Shown here one piece after another: positions 55,278 to 64,000 of a stretch of DNA of 64,000 nt (the stretch's first letter is position 1; every line of letters begins with the position of its first letter). The notes beneath the pieces are model-generated. The model saw nothing but the letters and a program-made list of their open reading frames with translations, did not search any database and was not told where the DNA came from. Made by a program: the position numbers and the translations under genes. The stretch is from IMG/VR virus record IMGVR_UViG_3300015265_000001, positions 62,001 to 126,000 of that record; one strand, given 5' to 3'.

Positions 55278-56291
55278 ATGAGCACTACCCGTCGTATGTA
55301 CCAGAACTGCCTGGAGAATCATCTGGAGACCATGGAGGAGCAGAAAGGGCTGGAACAAACCGGCCAGTTCATGCTCGCTGCTCCACACCGGATGAAGATC
55401 AGTGTCGAGGGCAATGAAGACTTTATGGAGAACGCCAAAGAACTGGGGGCGGGTCTTTTTGAAGTCAGCAAGTGGGTTGGCGGTAAGACTGTCGATCTGT
55501 TTGGCAAAGCTCTCGGTGCGGCTGGTTCTGGTTTGTACCGTGCTTTCAGTGACAACGACACCTTGATCAAAAAGCTGTTGCAGAACTTCAGCAAGGTCGA
55601 GGATCACGAGTTGAACCTCAGTAAAACCACGATTGCTCTGATTACCGCCAATGGTGACATTGACCGTATTGGGCATGATATGGACACTCTGCTGAGCACG
55701 TTGGATGCACTGGATAAGCACAGCAAAGAGATTCTGAGTTACCTGGACAAGCAGCTGATCGTCGCCCGTAAACTCAAGAGTGCTTCGTCTGCTGAGAACA
55801 TCTTCGCGGTTGTAGAGGAGTTCGAGGCCCTGAAGTACCCTACGTTTAAGCTGCCGCATTCCAAGGGCACTACAACGTTCTCTGACCCATTGCCAGGGGG
55901 TAAGGTCTGGGAGTGTGTTTACGGTGACGGCAAACACCCTAAATATGTTATAGGTGGAGACGCGCCTGCTGAGGCCGGGTCCTCCGTGACCTTATCCAAG
56001 TCTGAAGTCAGTTCTCTGCTGACCAAGCTGGACAAGATCAACTCTATGCACAAGCGCTTGAAGACATCGTACGACAGTTACTTGAGCTTCATCAAGAGCT
56101 GGTCTGAGATGGTTAAGTCAGTCGACGCTAACCTGGCCAAGTTGGATAAGGTTAGTTCGAGCGCCATGGCAGAGGGTGAGAAACTCCTCTCCGGTGAAGC
56201 CAATGCCTTGGCATTCTATAGCGGATTCACTCCTCGGGTGGTCAGCTACACCGACAGGTACATTCATGGTGTGCTTGGTGTTTTCGCTTAA
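55278..56291 (+). CDS. Internal head protein paralog
   Basis: AAGGAGG RBS; SVEGNED followed by an amphipathic helix. Confidence 0.75.
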   Translation: MSTTRRMYQNCLENHLETMEEQKGLEQTGQFMLAAPHRMKISVEGNEDFMENAKELGAGLFEVSKWVGGKTVDLFGKALGAAGSGLYRAFSDNDTLIKKLLQNFSKVEDHELNLSKTTIALITANGDIDRIGHDMDTLLSTLDALDKHSKEILSYLDKQLIVARKLKSASSAENIFAVVEEFEALKYPTFKLPHSKGTTTFSDPLPGGKVWECVYGDGKHPKYVIGGDAPAEAGSSVTLSKSEVSSLLTKLDKINSMHKRLKTSYDSYLSFIKSWSEMVKSVDANLAKLDKVSSSAMAEGEKLLSGEANALAFYSGFTPRVVSYTDRYIHGVLGVFA

Positions 56292-56342
56292 ACCGTTTGC
56301 AAACAAACATTTTCCTTCGTTAACGAAAAAGGATACATAGCT

Positions 56343-57605
56343 ATGAGCGGTATTGACTTTCTGAACATGTTCAAAGGCGCCGAAGAACTGGAACTGGAAG
56401 GCGGCGAAGGCGGCCCGGTGGTTGACGCAGTCGAAGACGTCGTGAAGACCGAACTGGCCGAAGTGACCGTGGTCATCGAAGAACAATCCAACGCCATCGA
56501 GAAGCTGGTCGACCAGGTCGAAGATCTGGAAGAAGCAGTCGAAGAAGCGACCGAAGTCGTCGAAGGCATGGAATCCCTGATCAACTCCGGCAACTTCAAC
56601 GGCCTGGCGTTCAGCCAGCTGTACAACCGCGGCGTGAAGCTGGGTAACAAGCTGGGTGCCAACATCCAGGGCGAGCGCATGGGCGCTGAATCCATCACCG
56701 ACGCGTCGACCGCCGAGATGATGGCTCGCCAGGGCATGGAAGGCATCATGGACTCGATCAAGGAATACGGCAAAAAGGCCGTTGACTTCATCAAGCACAT
56801 CTTCAACTCCGTGATCGCGTTCTTCGTGTCGATCTTCGACAAGGCCGCCGGCCTGGAGCGTCGTTGCGACAACCTGAAGAAGCGTGTCGAAGACAGCACC
56901 AAGCTGAAAGAAACCGTGAAGCTGGGCGGCTGGAACGTCTTCATCGACTACGCCAAAGGCGGCATCGCTTCCGTGAAATCGGCTGGCTTCGAAGCCACCC
57001 AGGGCGCGATCGCCAAGCTGTGCGATCTGGGCAAGAACGTTTCCGGCGTTACTCTGGAAGAGTTCAAGTCGGCCTACAGCGGTCTGATCTCGGCTGTCAA
57101 AACCGACGCGAAAGCGGCCGGCAAGTACAACGAGAAGAAGGCTGGCAACCAGGACATCCTGATCGGCGTCGCCAACGGCATCCGTATCCAAGTGTCGTAC
57201 ATCGACAGCGAACTCAAGACCATGGCCGAAGCTGCTGCTGCTGCTCGTAGCCTGAAACTGGTCGTGATGAAGGACCCTGAAGCCAAGAAGCTGACCAGCG
57301 GCGAAGTCAAAGCCAAGACCGACAAAGCCGGTCTGCTGAAGGCGATCACCGAAGTTCGCACCATCGGCGCGTTCATCCGCAACACCAAAGTCGCCAAAGC
57401 GTTCAGCGCTGCCGAGCGTGACCGCGTTGTGGGTTCCCTGAACGCCATCAAGGCTGGCGACAACGAGAAGGCCGCCGACATCAACGGTCAGGTTACCCTG
57501 ATCAAGGCGATCTACAGCTCGACTTCCACCATGGCCACCAACGTGACCAAGATGGCTGTCAACGCTGCTGGCGCCACCCTCGACTGCGTTGCTGCTCACG
57601 TCTAA
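56343..57605 (+). CDS. Abundant internal head protein (phiKZ gp93/94/95-like family)
   Basis: Acidic propeptide with VEGMES, RMGAES and RQGMEG, then an amphipathic helix; extreme codon bias. Confidence 0.8.
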   Translation: MSGIDFLNMFKGAEELELEGGEGGPVVDAVEDVVKTELAEVTVVIEEQSNAIEKLVDQVEDLEEAVEEATEVVEGMESLINSGNFNGLAFSQLYNRGVKLGNKLGANIQGERMGAESITDASTAEMMARQGMEGIMDSIKEYGKKAVDFIKHIFNSVIAFFVSIFDKAAGLERRCDNLKKRVEDSTKLKETVKLGGWNVFIDYAKGGIASVKSAGFEATQGAIAKLCDLGKNVSGVTLEEFKSAYSGLISAVKTDAKAAGKYNEKKAGNQDILIGVANGIRIQVSYIDSELKTMAEAAAAARSLKLVVMKDPEAKKLTSGEVKAKTDKAGLLKAITEVRTIGAFIRNTKVAKAFSAAERDRVVGSLNAIKAGDNEKAADINGQVTLIKAIYSSTSTMATNVTKMAVNAAGATLDCVAAHV

Positions 57606-57642
57606 CAAGGCCTGAGCTGGTCGTTGTAACACCGTAAGGTAG

Positions 57643-57672
57643 CTACTAAGGGCGAGCAATCGCCCTTAGTAG
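57643..57672 (+). terminator. Terminator hairpin (GCAA loop) followed by a TATG late motif (57676-57679)
   Basis: Perfect 13-bp stem. Confidence 0.7.
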
Positions 57673-57749
57673 TCTTATGGCTGCATTTTGTTTTTTCAAG
57701 GGATGCTATAGGTTTTGCTACATATCCTTTTTTAACAGGTACTTCTACC

Positions 57750-58805
57750 ATGACGCAACCAGTGCTTGCTCGACGTTTTATCAATACCCCAACTGTTGAA
57801 GCACTCTACAACGCCGAGAATCCTGAGAGCGTTGTGGATGCACCCGATGACAAGATTGACGACCTGTCGGACGAATACGACAAAGTTGATGGTAACGAAT
57901 CCCTCTACTATCAATACGTCTTTTCCCAAATCCCTCGTAAGCCAGAACTCGATACCGTTCAAGGTACCGAAGGCTTCATGAGCTGGATTGGTGATATGGT
58001 CAGTTCGCTGATCGCGGCTGTAAAGAACTTCTTCAAGTGGGTGTTCAGTTTCTTCACCGGCAAGAAAGAAGTGGCGGCTCGCAAGAACAAAGATCTCGTC
58101 GATAAGCTGGATAAGAACGGGGTCAAGAAACACTTCACGCACTATCCCCAGGGTTACATGAACCTGTGGGCCAGTAAGGCCAAGATCCCAGCGAACCTGG
58201 ATTGGATGCCTAAGGCTATTGATGGCTGGCATGAAGCCACTGGCAAGGTGCAAGCTTACATCAAAGAAGTGGGTAACACTGCTCGTGAGGCTGAAGCACT
58301 GTTTACTGGCAAGCAGCTGAGCCAGACCAAGGAAGCCATGGAGAAGCTCTTCAAAGAGCACCATGAAGCGCTTATCAAGATCTTTGGTAAGGACCCTGCT
58401 CCCTTCATTGGCGGTACCACTGTTTCGATCACTGCTCACGGCAAGCTGTCGTTGAAGGTAGATCCTGATCTGTTGGAGTCCGACAAGAACGCGGGCTTTA
58501 TCAGCAGCGAATCGACCACCCGTTCGATTGCCAAAAGCTTGGAATCGATGAACATCGTGTTCGAAAGCATGATCAACAAATCGGTCGAGTTGGAAAAGGT
58601 CTTCATCAAAGGGCTTAACAGTAGCCTTTCCTTCTCCAAGAAAACTGAGCAAGAGAATCAGGCATCGGCAAGAGCGATCGCTTCCGCGCTCGAAGAGATC
58701 GTGCGCAATGGCATGGCTGGGATCAAGGTATTGGAGACCCTGGTGTTCAAGGTCTACAACACGACCACCAGCATTGTCTCCAGCAGCATCGACGTGAAAG
58801 GATAA
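57750..58805 (+). CDS. Internal head protein paralog
   Basis: VDGNES and VQGTEG followed by FMSWIGDMVSSLIAAVKNFFKWVFSFF. Confidence 0.75.
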   Translation: MTQPVLARRFINTPTVEALYNAENPESVVDAPDDKIDDLSDEYDKVDGNESLYYQYVFSQIPRKPELDTVQGTEGFMSWIGDMVSSLIAAVKNFFKWVFSFFTGKKEVAARKNKDLVDKLDKNGVKKHFTHYPQGYMNLWASKAKIPANLDWMPKAIDGWHEATGKVQAYIKEVGNTAREAEALFTGKQLSQTKEAMEKLFKEHHEALIKIFGKDPAPFIGGTTVSITAHGKLSLKVDPDLLESDKNAGFISSESTTRSIAKSLESMNIVFESMINKSVELEKVFIKGLNSSLSFSKKTEQENQASARAIASALEEIVRNGMAGIKVLETLVFKVYNTTTSIVSSSIDVKG

Positions 58806-58811
58806 TTCATC

Positions 58812-59297
58812 ATGCGCTTGAATTGTTTTAACAAAACCTTGTTGGTGGCGATGGCCATGGAGCAACAGGGGATTGATGGATTGAATCCACGTTTCGGTAC
58901 GGGGCGGTCGGTTAGCGACAATGTGTTCAGTTATGTCGAGCAAGGTAGTGCCGGTGCTGGTCTACTGATCGATAAGGTGGATTTGGGCGAGTTGTTCAAA
59001 GGCATTCCCCAAGACATCAGTGGTCTGACCTTTGGTGCACCTGAAACCGCCAACCTGCAACCTATCGATGATCTGGTGGACAGTCACGTAGCAGAAAGTC
59101 TGGTGGTTCTCGATAACGTGGATTATGCCGACGCTGCTGACGAAATGAGTGTCCTGTTCTTTAACTGGTTACGGTTCGTGGGTTTGAGCGATCTGACTCG
59201 CTTCGAAGTTGAGCTGGGTACGAGCGACGGCTATCTCCACGTAACTGCTCGCCGAGCCACCTACTACCGCGGCACCGTAGTCATCAAGTATCAGTAA
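58812..59297 (+). CDS. Hypothetical (possibly virion) protein
   Basis: 161-aa ORF in the operon. Confidence 0.6.
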   Translation: MRLNCFNKTLLVAMAMEQQGIDGLNPRFGTGRSVSDNVFSYVEQGSAGAGLLIDKVDLGELFKGIPQDISGLTFGAPETANLQPIDDLVDSHVAESLVVLDNVDYADAADEMSVLFFNWLRFVGLSDLTRFEVELGTSDGYLHVTARRATYYRGTVVIKYQ

Positions 59298-59307
59298 GGA
59301 GAAGGGA

Positions 59308-60729
59308 ATGAATTTGTACTTTGAACTGGGGTTGCTCGGTATGCTGATGTCCGGTAAGGCCGGACAGCTGGACCCCGAAAAGAACGCACACATGATCGAG
59401 CTGCTCAATACCCTGGGTTTGGGTTACGCAGTTAATGTCACTGAAGAAGGGATGGATCGTGTTAAGGAACGTCTGTTCTCGGTGATTGCCGCAATTGAAG
59501 ACCGCTTGGCTTACTTCGACGGCAGTGAGCTGGAAGTCAACTGGCCGGTCACTCAGTTCCTCAACGAACTGTTGAACGACGCCAAGAACGGTGGTATTAC
59601 TCCAGAGCGCAATATCGCCATGCAGGTGTGCGCGCTGGGTAACAAGACCAGCGAGAACATGGGCGGTGGTGCAGTTAACGACTGGATCGAATTTGCCAAC
59701 AACCACCTGCGTTACTTCCTCGAGATCTACGAAGGTCACGAACAACCGAACATGGTGGGTATTCAGTTCAACATCCGCATGATGGAATATGCGGAGCGGG
59801 TACTGAATATCATCGACGTGTTTGTGACCAGCCGCCTTGGCATGTTGATGGGCGCAGAGGAATACGCTCCTTCCCAACTCGAAGACCTGCCGGAAGCTGT
59901 AGCAGTAGATTTCGATGAGCCGGAAGACTGCAAGCGTGATGACGACTGTGACTGCGGTTGCAAGTTCGACCACACACTGCAACTGATTCAGGGCATGGAA
60001 GATTACCTGAACGGCGAGGACACCTTTGCGTCCAACTACCTCATTGGCGTTGCAAACGCACGTAACGCTCATATGGGCGCTGTGACGGGTACTGAGGGCG
60101 CAATCCTTGACGGTATCAAGGAAATGGCTACAAAGGCCTGGGAAACGATCTCAGCGTCTTTCAAGGCTATCAAGGATTGGTTTACTTCCTCCGATGAGAA
60201 GGATGCAAACAAAGCCACAGCAGATTCCGGTGATGCCAACAAGAAGGATCTGGCGGCGGCCAAGGAAACCTCTGGTGATCAGATCAACCCTGCTGCCAAG
60301 GCCGGGCTGGTAAAGCTGGCTGCCGAAGCTGACCCATCTGGTGCCTTCAGTACCATCGTGGGTAGTCTTAATAGCAAAGCCGACGCGGCCACCGCTATTG
60401 ACAAGCTGTTGGGTCTGTTGAACAAACAGAGTGGCTACGGCGAAGCACTCGGTGCGGCAATGGAGTTGGCCCAGCAAAAACTGGCGGAGTTGAAGACCGC
60501 GGCCAGTAACGTGTCTGGTAAAGATGAGTCCAACAAGGAAGTCGTCGCCACTACCCGCAAGTCGACCCAGGAGAAGGTCGCTGCTGCGAAGGATAGCCTC
60601 AAGGGTCTTAAGGATAAGGTTACTGCCCACAAGAAGCTGGTAAGCGGCATCCGTAAGGCCGTTGCTGGTATCAACACCAAGATCTTCCCTGCGGCAGAGC
60701 CTGCTGAACCTAAAGCTAAAAAGGAGTAG
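59308..60729 (+). CDS. Internal head protein paralog with a long N-terminal extra domain
   Basis: AAGGAG RBS. A CKRDDDCDCGC linker is followed by IQGMED, VTGTEG and the amphipathic helix. Confidence 0.7.
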   Translation: MNLYFELGLLGMLMSGKAGQLDPEKNAHMIELLNTLGLGYAVNVTEEGMDRVKERLFSVIAAIEDRLAYFDGSELEVNWPVTQFLNELLNDAKNGGITPERNIAMQVCALGNKTSENMGGGAVNDWIEFANNHLRYFLEIYEGHEQPNMVGIQFNIRMMEYAERVLNIIDVFVTSRLGMLMGAEEYAPSQLEDLPEAVAVDFDEPEDCKRDDDCDCGCKFDHTLQLIQGMEDYLNGEDTFASNYLIGVANARNAHMGAVTGTEGAILDGIKEMATKAWETISASFKAIKDWFTSSDEKDANKATADSGDANKKDLAAAKETSGDQINPAAKAGLVKLAAEADPSGAFSTIVGSLNSKADAATAIDKLLGLLNKQSGYGEALGAAMELAQQKLAELKTAASNVSGKDESNKEVVATTRKSTQEKVAAAKDSLKGLKDKVTAHKKLVSGIRKAVAGINTKIFPAAEPAEPKAKKE

Positions 60730-60733
60730 TGAG

Positions 60734-61432
60734 ATGGCCTTGGAAAACGTTCACCCAGAGGTGCTTGCTCGTATTACAAAGCAGCTCCCTGAAGGCTACA
60801 CGGTTCTGAGTGCAGAATCTGAATCTGAAACCAGCGCCGTGTTCGCCGTTGAAAAGAACGGTGTTCAGCAAAAGGCCAAAATGAGCAAGGGTAATCTCCT
60901 GCGCGTTATGGCTCACAAGGCACCCGAGGTTTCAGCCAGCGAAGGGGATTCTCTGAGTTTGGTGATTCAGGAGCTGTCCGACGCATACGGACTCCATCTG
61001 TTGGACAAGGTGGATTACGACGTGGAAGACAAAGTGGTTGAGTTTGGCGGTAAGCCTCAGTACTTGGTCTCTGTGCCGATGCTGAATACCAGTATCAGCC
61101 TGAGCGGGGTATTGATCTTTACCGTTAAAGACAAGGCTGCTGCACCACGCCCTGCCGAATGCATTGCTGTTGATCTGGAAGAACAGCGGGTTCGTCTGGC
61201 TCTTGGGGGTAAGGTGTTCCAGGTTGCCGATCCAGTTGGTGTGGATAACCATCTTTCTCAAGAGCTTGCAGAAAAAGTCGCTGAGTTTGTGAACTCCCTC
61301 GGCTTTAAGTTGTCGCTGGAAGTAGACGACTTCCAGAACGCTGAAGTTATCAGCCAGTTGAATGACGGTATCTCCAACCTGATCATTCTCCAGCTGAGCG
61401 GCGGTCTGGTTACACCTGTTCGCTGGAAGTAA
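60734..61432 (+). CDS. Hypothetical (possibly virion) protein
   Basis: ATG at 60734 with an AAGGAG RBS. Confidence 0.65.
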   Translation: MALENVHPEVLARITKQLPEGYTVLSAESESETSAVFAVEKNGVQQKAKMSKGNLLRVMAHKAPEVSASEGDSLSLVIQELSDAYGLHLLDKVDYDVEDKVVEFGGKPQYLVSVPMLNTSISLSGVLIFTVKDKAAAPRPAECIAVDLEEQRVRLALGGKVFQVADPVGVDNHLSQELAEKVAEFVNSLGFKLSLEVDDFQNAEVISQLNDGISNLIILQLSGGLVTPVRWK

Positions 61433-61448
61433 CATCCTTACTGGTTTG

Positions 61449-61490
61449 TAGTGGAAGGGGATACCTTCCACTACTTATCTTTTTATTTCT
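61449..61490 (+). terminator. Terminator
   Basis: tagtggaagg-ggata-ccttccacta plus a T-rich tract. Confidence 0.7.
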
Positions 61491-61507
61491 TTATTGAGCA
61501 TAGCGCC

Positions 61508-63025
61508 ATGATGCTGAAATCAATCGTTATGTCTGAGGATGACTACGCATCGTTCTTTCGCCCTGCGGTGTTGGATTCTCTCAGACAAGTTCTTAAGTAC
61601 TACAGCTTGGATAACGCCTCGCAAATCATTTACAACGGCGAGAATGATGTTGCTAAGCTGATCGGCAGTAACAGCGATGATGGTCTCCGTGGTGATATGT
61701 TCACTGACGGTATCTTCCGCAACAAGCTGTTCATTGTGGTAGAAAAAGAAGACACCCCATTTAACACCGGTTATTCCAACCAGCGTCGTGAACCGACCGA
61801 ACGTCCGGTATGGTTAACCGAGGAAGAAAAGCCAATGGGTCTTTACCCGGCTTTTTCAGGCGTCAAGGTTAACGTGTCAGTCGTGGCGTCGTTTAACAGC
61901 AGTAAGCTGGCAGACCACTACGTGCGTCGCATTAACCGCCTGCGTGACAACCAAATGGCAGATATGGCTTTCAGTGCCACTGTCCACCTGGGTGTTAACA
62001 ACAGCATCATTGCGTGTATGCAAGACATCCATGCGCTGATCCTCAAGAATGACCCCGCCACGCCAGAGTTTGGGCTGTGGTTCAACAAGTATTGCCGTGT
62101 TCCCTTTACCACGATCAGTAACGTGGCGGGTAAGAACAAACGCCTGGTAGTGCCTCAGCGGCTGGACTACATTGGCATTCAGTTCTCTGATGCTGAAATC
62201 CAACGGGCACGTCGTGGTAGTTCCAGTAAGTTTGAAGCCGAGTTTAAATACTCCTTCTACTTCAACGAATTCACCAATTGGGAGTTCTTCTACCCACTGG
62301 ACGTTTATCAGGATGAGATCCCAGAGAAATGGATCCCTATTCCTAATGAACAGTTCACTCGTCCTTTCAACGTACGGACGGCTCCAGAAGTAGCGTGGGG
62401 GTTGTCTAACCAAACCACTCGCCAAACGGAAGCCCCCTACTTCCTGAAGTTACCCAAGCACGATCCTTGGGTTATGGCACGCATGCCTTTCGTGCAGCCG
62501 ATCATTCAGGCACGTCTTGCAGTAGAAGACGTTGAGGGTCAGGAGCTGGTTAACATCTTCGACATCCCTGGCTTTAAATGGAGCGAACAGGTTAAAGCGT
62601 ACATGCTGCGTCGTCACAAAGTGGCGTTTACCCAGTATGCCACGCCGTTCCTGATCTGGGTGTACAGTAATGACCTGCGCATTCTCCCTACTCAACTGAG
62701 TATGGATGAGACAGGCTCTGTAACGCTCTCTCGCAAGCCTACGATGAAAAACGTGCACCACATCGTGGTAACGCTTGATTATTCGATACGCGACTACACA
62801 GACGACTTCTGGGACGATCTGAGCAAGAACCCCCAGGACCTCAATCTGTTGCCCGCTATCTTCCCATGGTACCACTGGAATAAACTTCCGCAACCATGGC
62901 TGAATCACATCAACCAAATCCGCAAGGACATCGACAAAGGCTTAGGCCTGCCGGGGGATAATCCTACCCGGTACATGATGAACCTCGGGCTTAACAGTTA
63001 TGTATTGGTAGAGGACAAACGTTAA
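61508..63025 (+). CDS. Virion structural protein (neck/tail-completion region, phiKZ gp98-like)
   Basis: About 505 aa; assigned by synteny after the head cluster. Confidence 0.6.
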   Translation: MMLKSIVMSEDDYASFFRPAVLDSLRQVLKYYSLDNASQIIYNGENDVAKLIGSNSDDGLRGDMFTDGIFRNKLFIVVEKEDTPFNTGYSNQRREPTERPVWLTEEEKPMGLYPAFSGVKVNVSVVASFNSSKLADHYVRRINRLRDNQMADMAFSATVHLGVNNSIIACMQDIHALILKNDPATPEFGLWFNKYCRVPFTTISNVAGKNKRLVVPQRLDYIGIQFSDAEIQRARRGSSSKFEAEFKYSFYFNEFTNWEFFYPLDVYQDEIPEKWIPIPNEQFTRPFNVRTAPEVAWGLSNQTTRQTEAPYFLKLPKHDPWVMARMPFVQPIIQARLAVEDVEGQELVNIFDIPGFKWSEQVKAYMLRRHKVAFTQYATPFLIWVYSNDLRILPTQLSMDETGSVTLSRKPTMKNVHHIVVTLDYSIRDYTDDFWDDLSKNPQDLNLLPAIFPWYHWNKLPQPWLNHINQIRKDIDKGLGLPGDNPTRYMMNLGLNSYVLVEDKR

Positions 63026-64000
63026 TGGGACTCAAGGCCACGCCGCTGGGGTCGGTCATTCCGCCAGAACCGGAACGCCCCAAGATTTACAGTAACACGT
63101 ATAAACACTCCATCGTAGACTCGGCCTATACACCTGAGACCAGTCTGCTGTCGATGGTGGACGGTACTCCGCGATTGATGGAGTACTACCGGCGCAAGCT
63201 GATGCCAGATGAAGAACTCAGCCAGTTCCAACCGGATAACGCTGCTGTTTACCAAAGCTACACCCGCATCAAGAATTTGGTCGGTAAACAGGACGGTGCA
63301 GGGGCTTACGCATTTGACCCTACCAAGGGTGAAAGTGCGACAACCTTTGAAATGTGGCTTGCGTTCGATCTCAATCCCCTTCAGTGGGATGTGGCGATCA
63401 TGGATGCGGGCGAGGGTCGAGCTGGGCTCTACCAGATCAAAGAGCAACCAGAAATCCGCAACGATACTTCAAACAAGGTTTACCTCTGCACCTTTGAGAA
63501 ACTCGGTATCCTTACCGAAGACATCATGGCACAGCTGGAGATCCGTGTTGTTGAAGAACTGGTCTACTCGAAAGACTCGGCACTGCATGGTGGGATCTCC
63601 ATCATTACTCAGCCGGAGTTCAACACGGCCAAGGAACTGTTCAACTGGCGGTTGACGATTGCCAACTACATCATGAACGAGTTCTACTGGAACCCTGAGC
63701 GCACCATTGCCTGGGAAGACAAGAACGGTCGGAAGATCTACGACCAGTACCTGGTTAAGTTCCTGGCAGGACAAATGCCAGCGGACCTACGTACGTCTTA
63801 TCCACCGATCAACCTGTTCTCTACCCAATACGGTGGACGGGAGTACGGTGGTTTCGGTGACATCAATATCTGGGAAGTTCTGATGCGTGGGGATTTCAAT
63901 CTCCTGCCAGTTGCCAAGAACTCCACGATAACGATCGTGTCGACCAACCGCCTGATCAATACCCGTCAATACGGTAACTTGCGTTCCAGCAAGTTTGATT
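63025..64000 (+). CDS. Virion structural protein (phiKZ gp99-like), partial
   Basis: ATG overlaps the upstream TAA (TAATG). It reads MGLKATPLGSVIPPEPERPKIY... and appears open to the window end. Not in the ORF track. Confidence 0.7.
   Translation, partial: MGLKATPLGSVIPPEPERPKIYSNTYKHSIVDSAYTPETSLLSMVDGTPRLMEYYRRKLMPDEELSQFQPDNAAVYQSYTRIKNLVGKQDGAGAYAFDPTKGESATTFEMWLAFDLNPLQWDVAIMDAGEGRAGLYQIKEQPEIRNDTSNKVYLCTFEKLGILTEDIMAQLEIRVVEELVYSKDSALHGGISIITQPEFNTAKELFNWRLTIANYIMNEFYWNPERTIAWEDKNGRKIYDQYLVKFLAGQMPADLRTSYPPINLFSTQYGGREYGGFGDINIWEVLMRGDFNLLPVAKNSTITIVSTNRLINTRQYGNLRSSKFD

Noticed and set aside
58812-61432. Possible paralogy of ORFs 58812 and 60734 to tail-fibre N-terminal modules
   Set aside because: Only short weak motifs (DKVDLGELF, DKVDYDV) match by eye; this cannot be supported without a profile search.

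Overview
This window is a 64-kb core segment of a nucleus-forming jumbo phage genome (Chimalliviridae, phiKZ/201phi2-1-related). A Pseudomonas-like host is inferred only from gene content and C-ending codon bias. From left to right it contains: the end of a minus-strand virion operon; a ~620-bp highly structured intergenic region; a tandem pair of HslV/proteasome-beta-like Ntn proteins; the PhuZ tubulin; a cluster of small overlapping ORFs; the polymerase half of a split family-B DNA polymerase; chimallin (ChmA) and the nucleus/non-virion RNA polymerase block (beta' N-half, SbcD-like nuclease, ChmC-like protein, gp68-like subunit, PicA/Imp1-like protein, gp70-like protein, beta, beta' C-half); an SF2 helicase with a class-3 intein; a virion RNAP subunit; a tail-assembly-like gene pair with a candidate -1 frameshift; the exonuclease half of the DNA polymerase; and a long head/baseplate/neck region with many paralogous internal head proteins. 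No tRNA, rRNA or CRISPR array was seen. phiKZ gp numbers come from motifs and recalled synteny, not from a database search. The best candidates for something new are: (1) an active plus degenerate Ntn-protease pair behind an early promoter; (2) a P2 E/E'-style -1 frameshift at T TTT TTT (38837-38843); (3) an Asn/Met-Gly prion-like protein next to PicA; (4) a membrane M48-like Zn protease and a shared G-x-E + amphipathic-helix N-terminus in head proteins; (5) an origin-like symmetric element and two structured non-coding regions.
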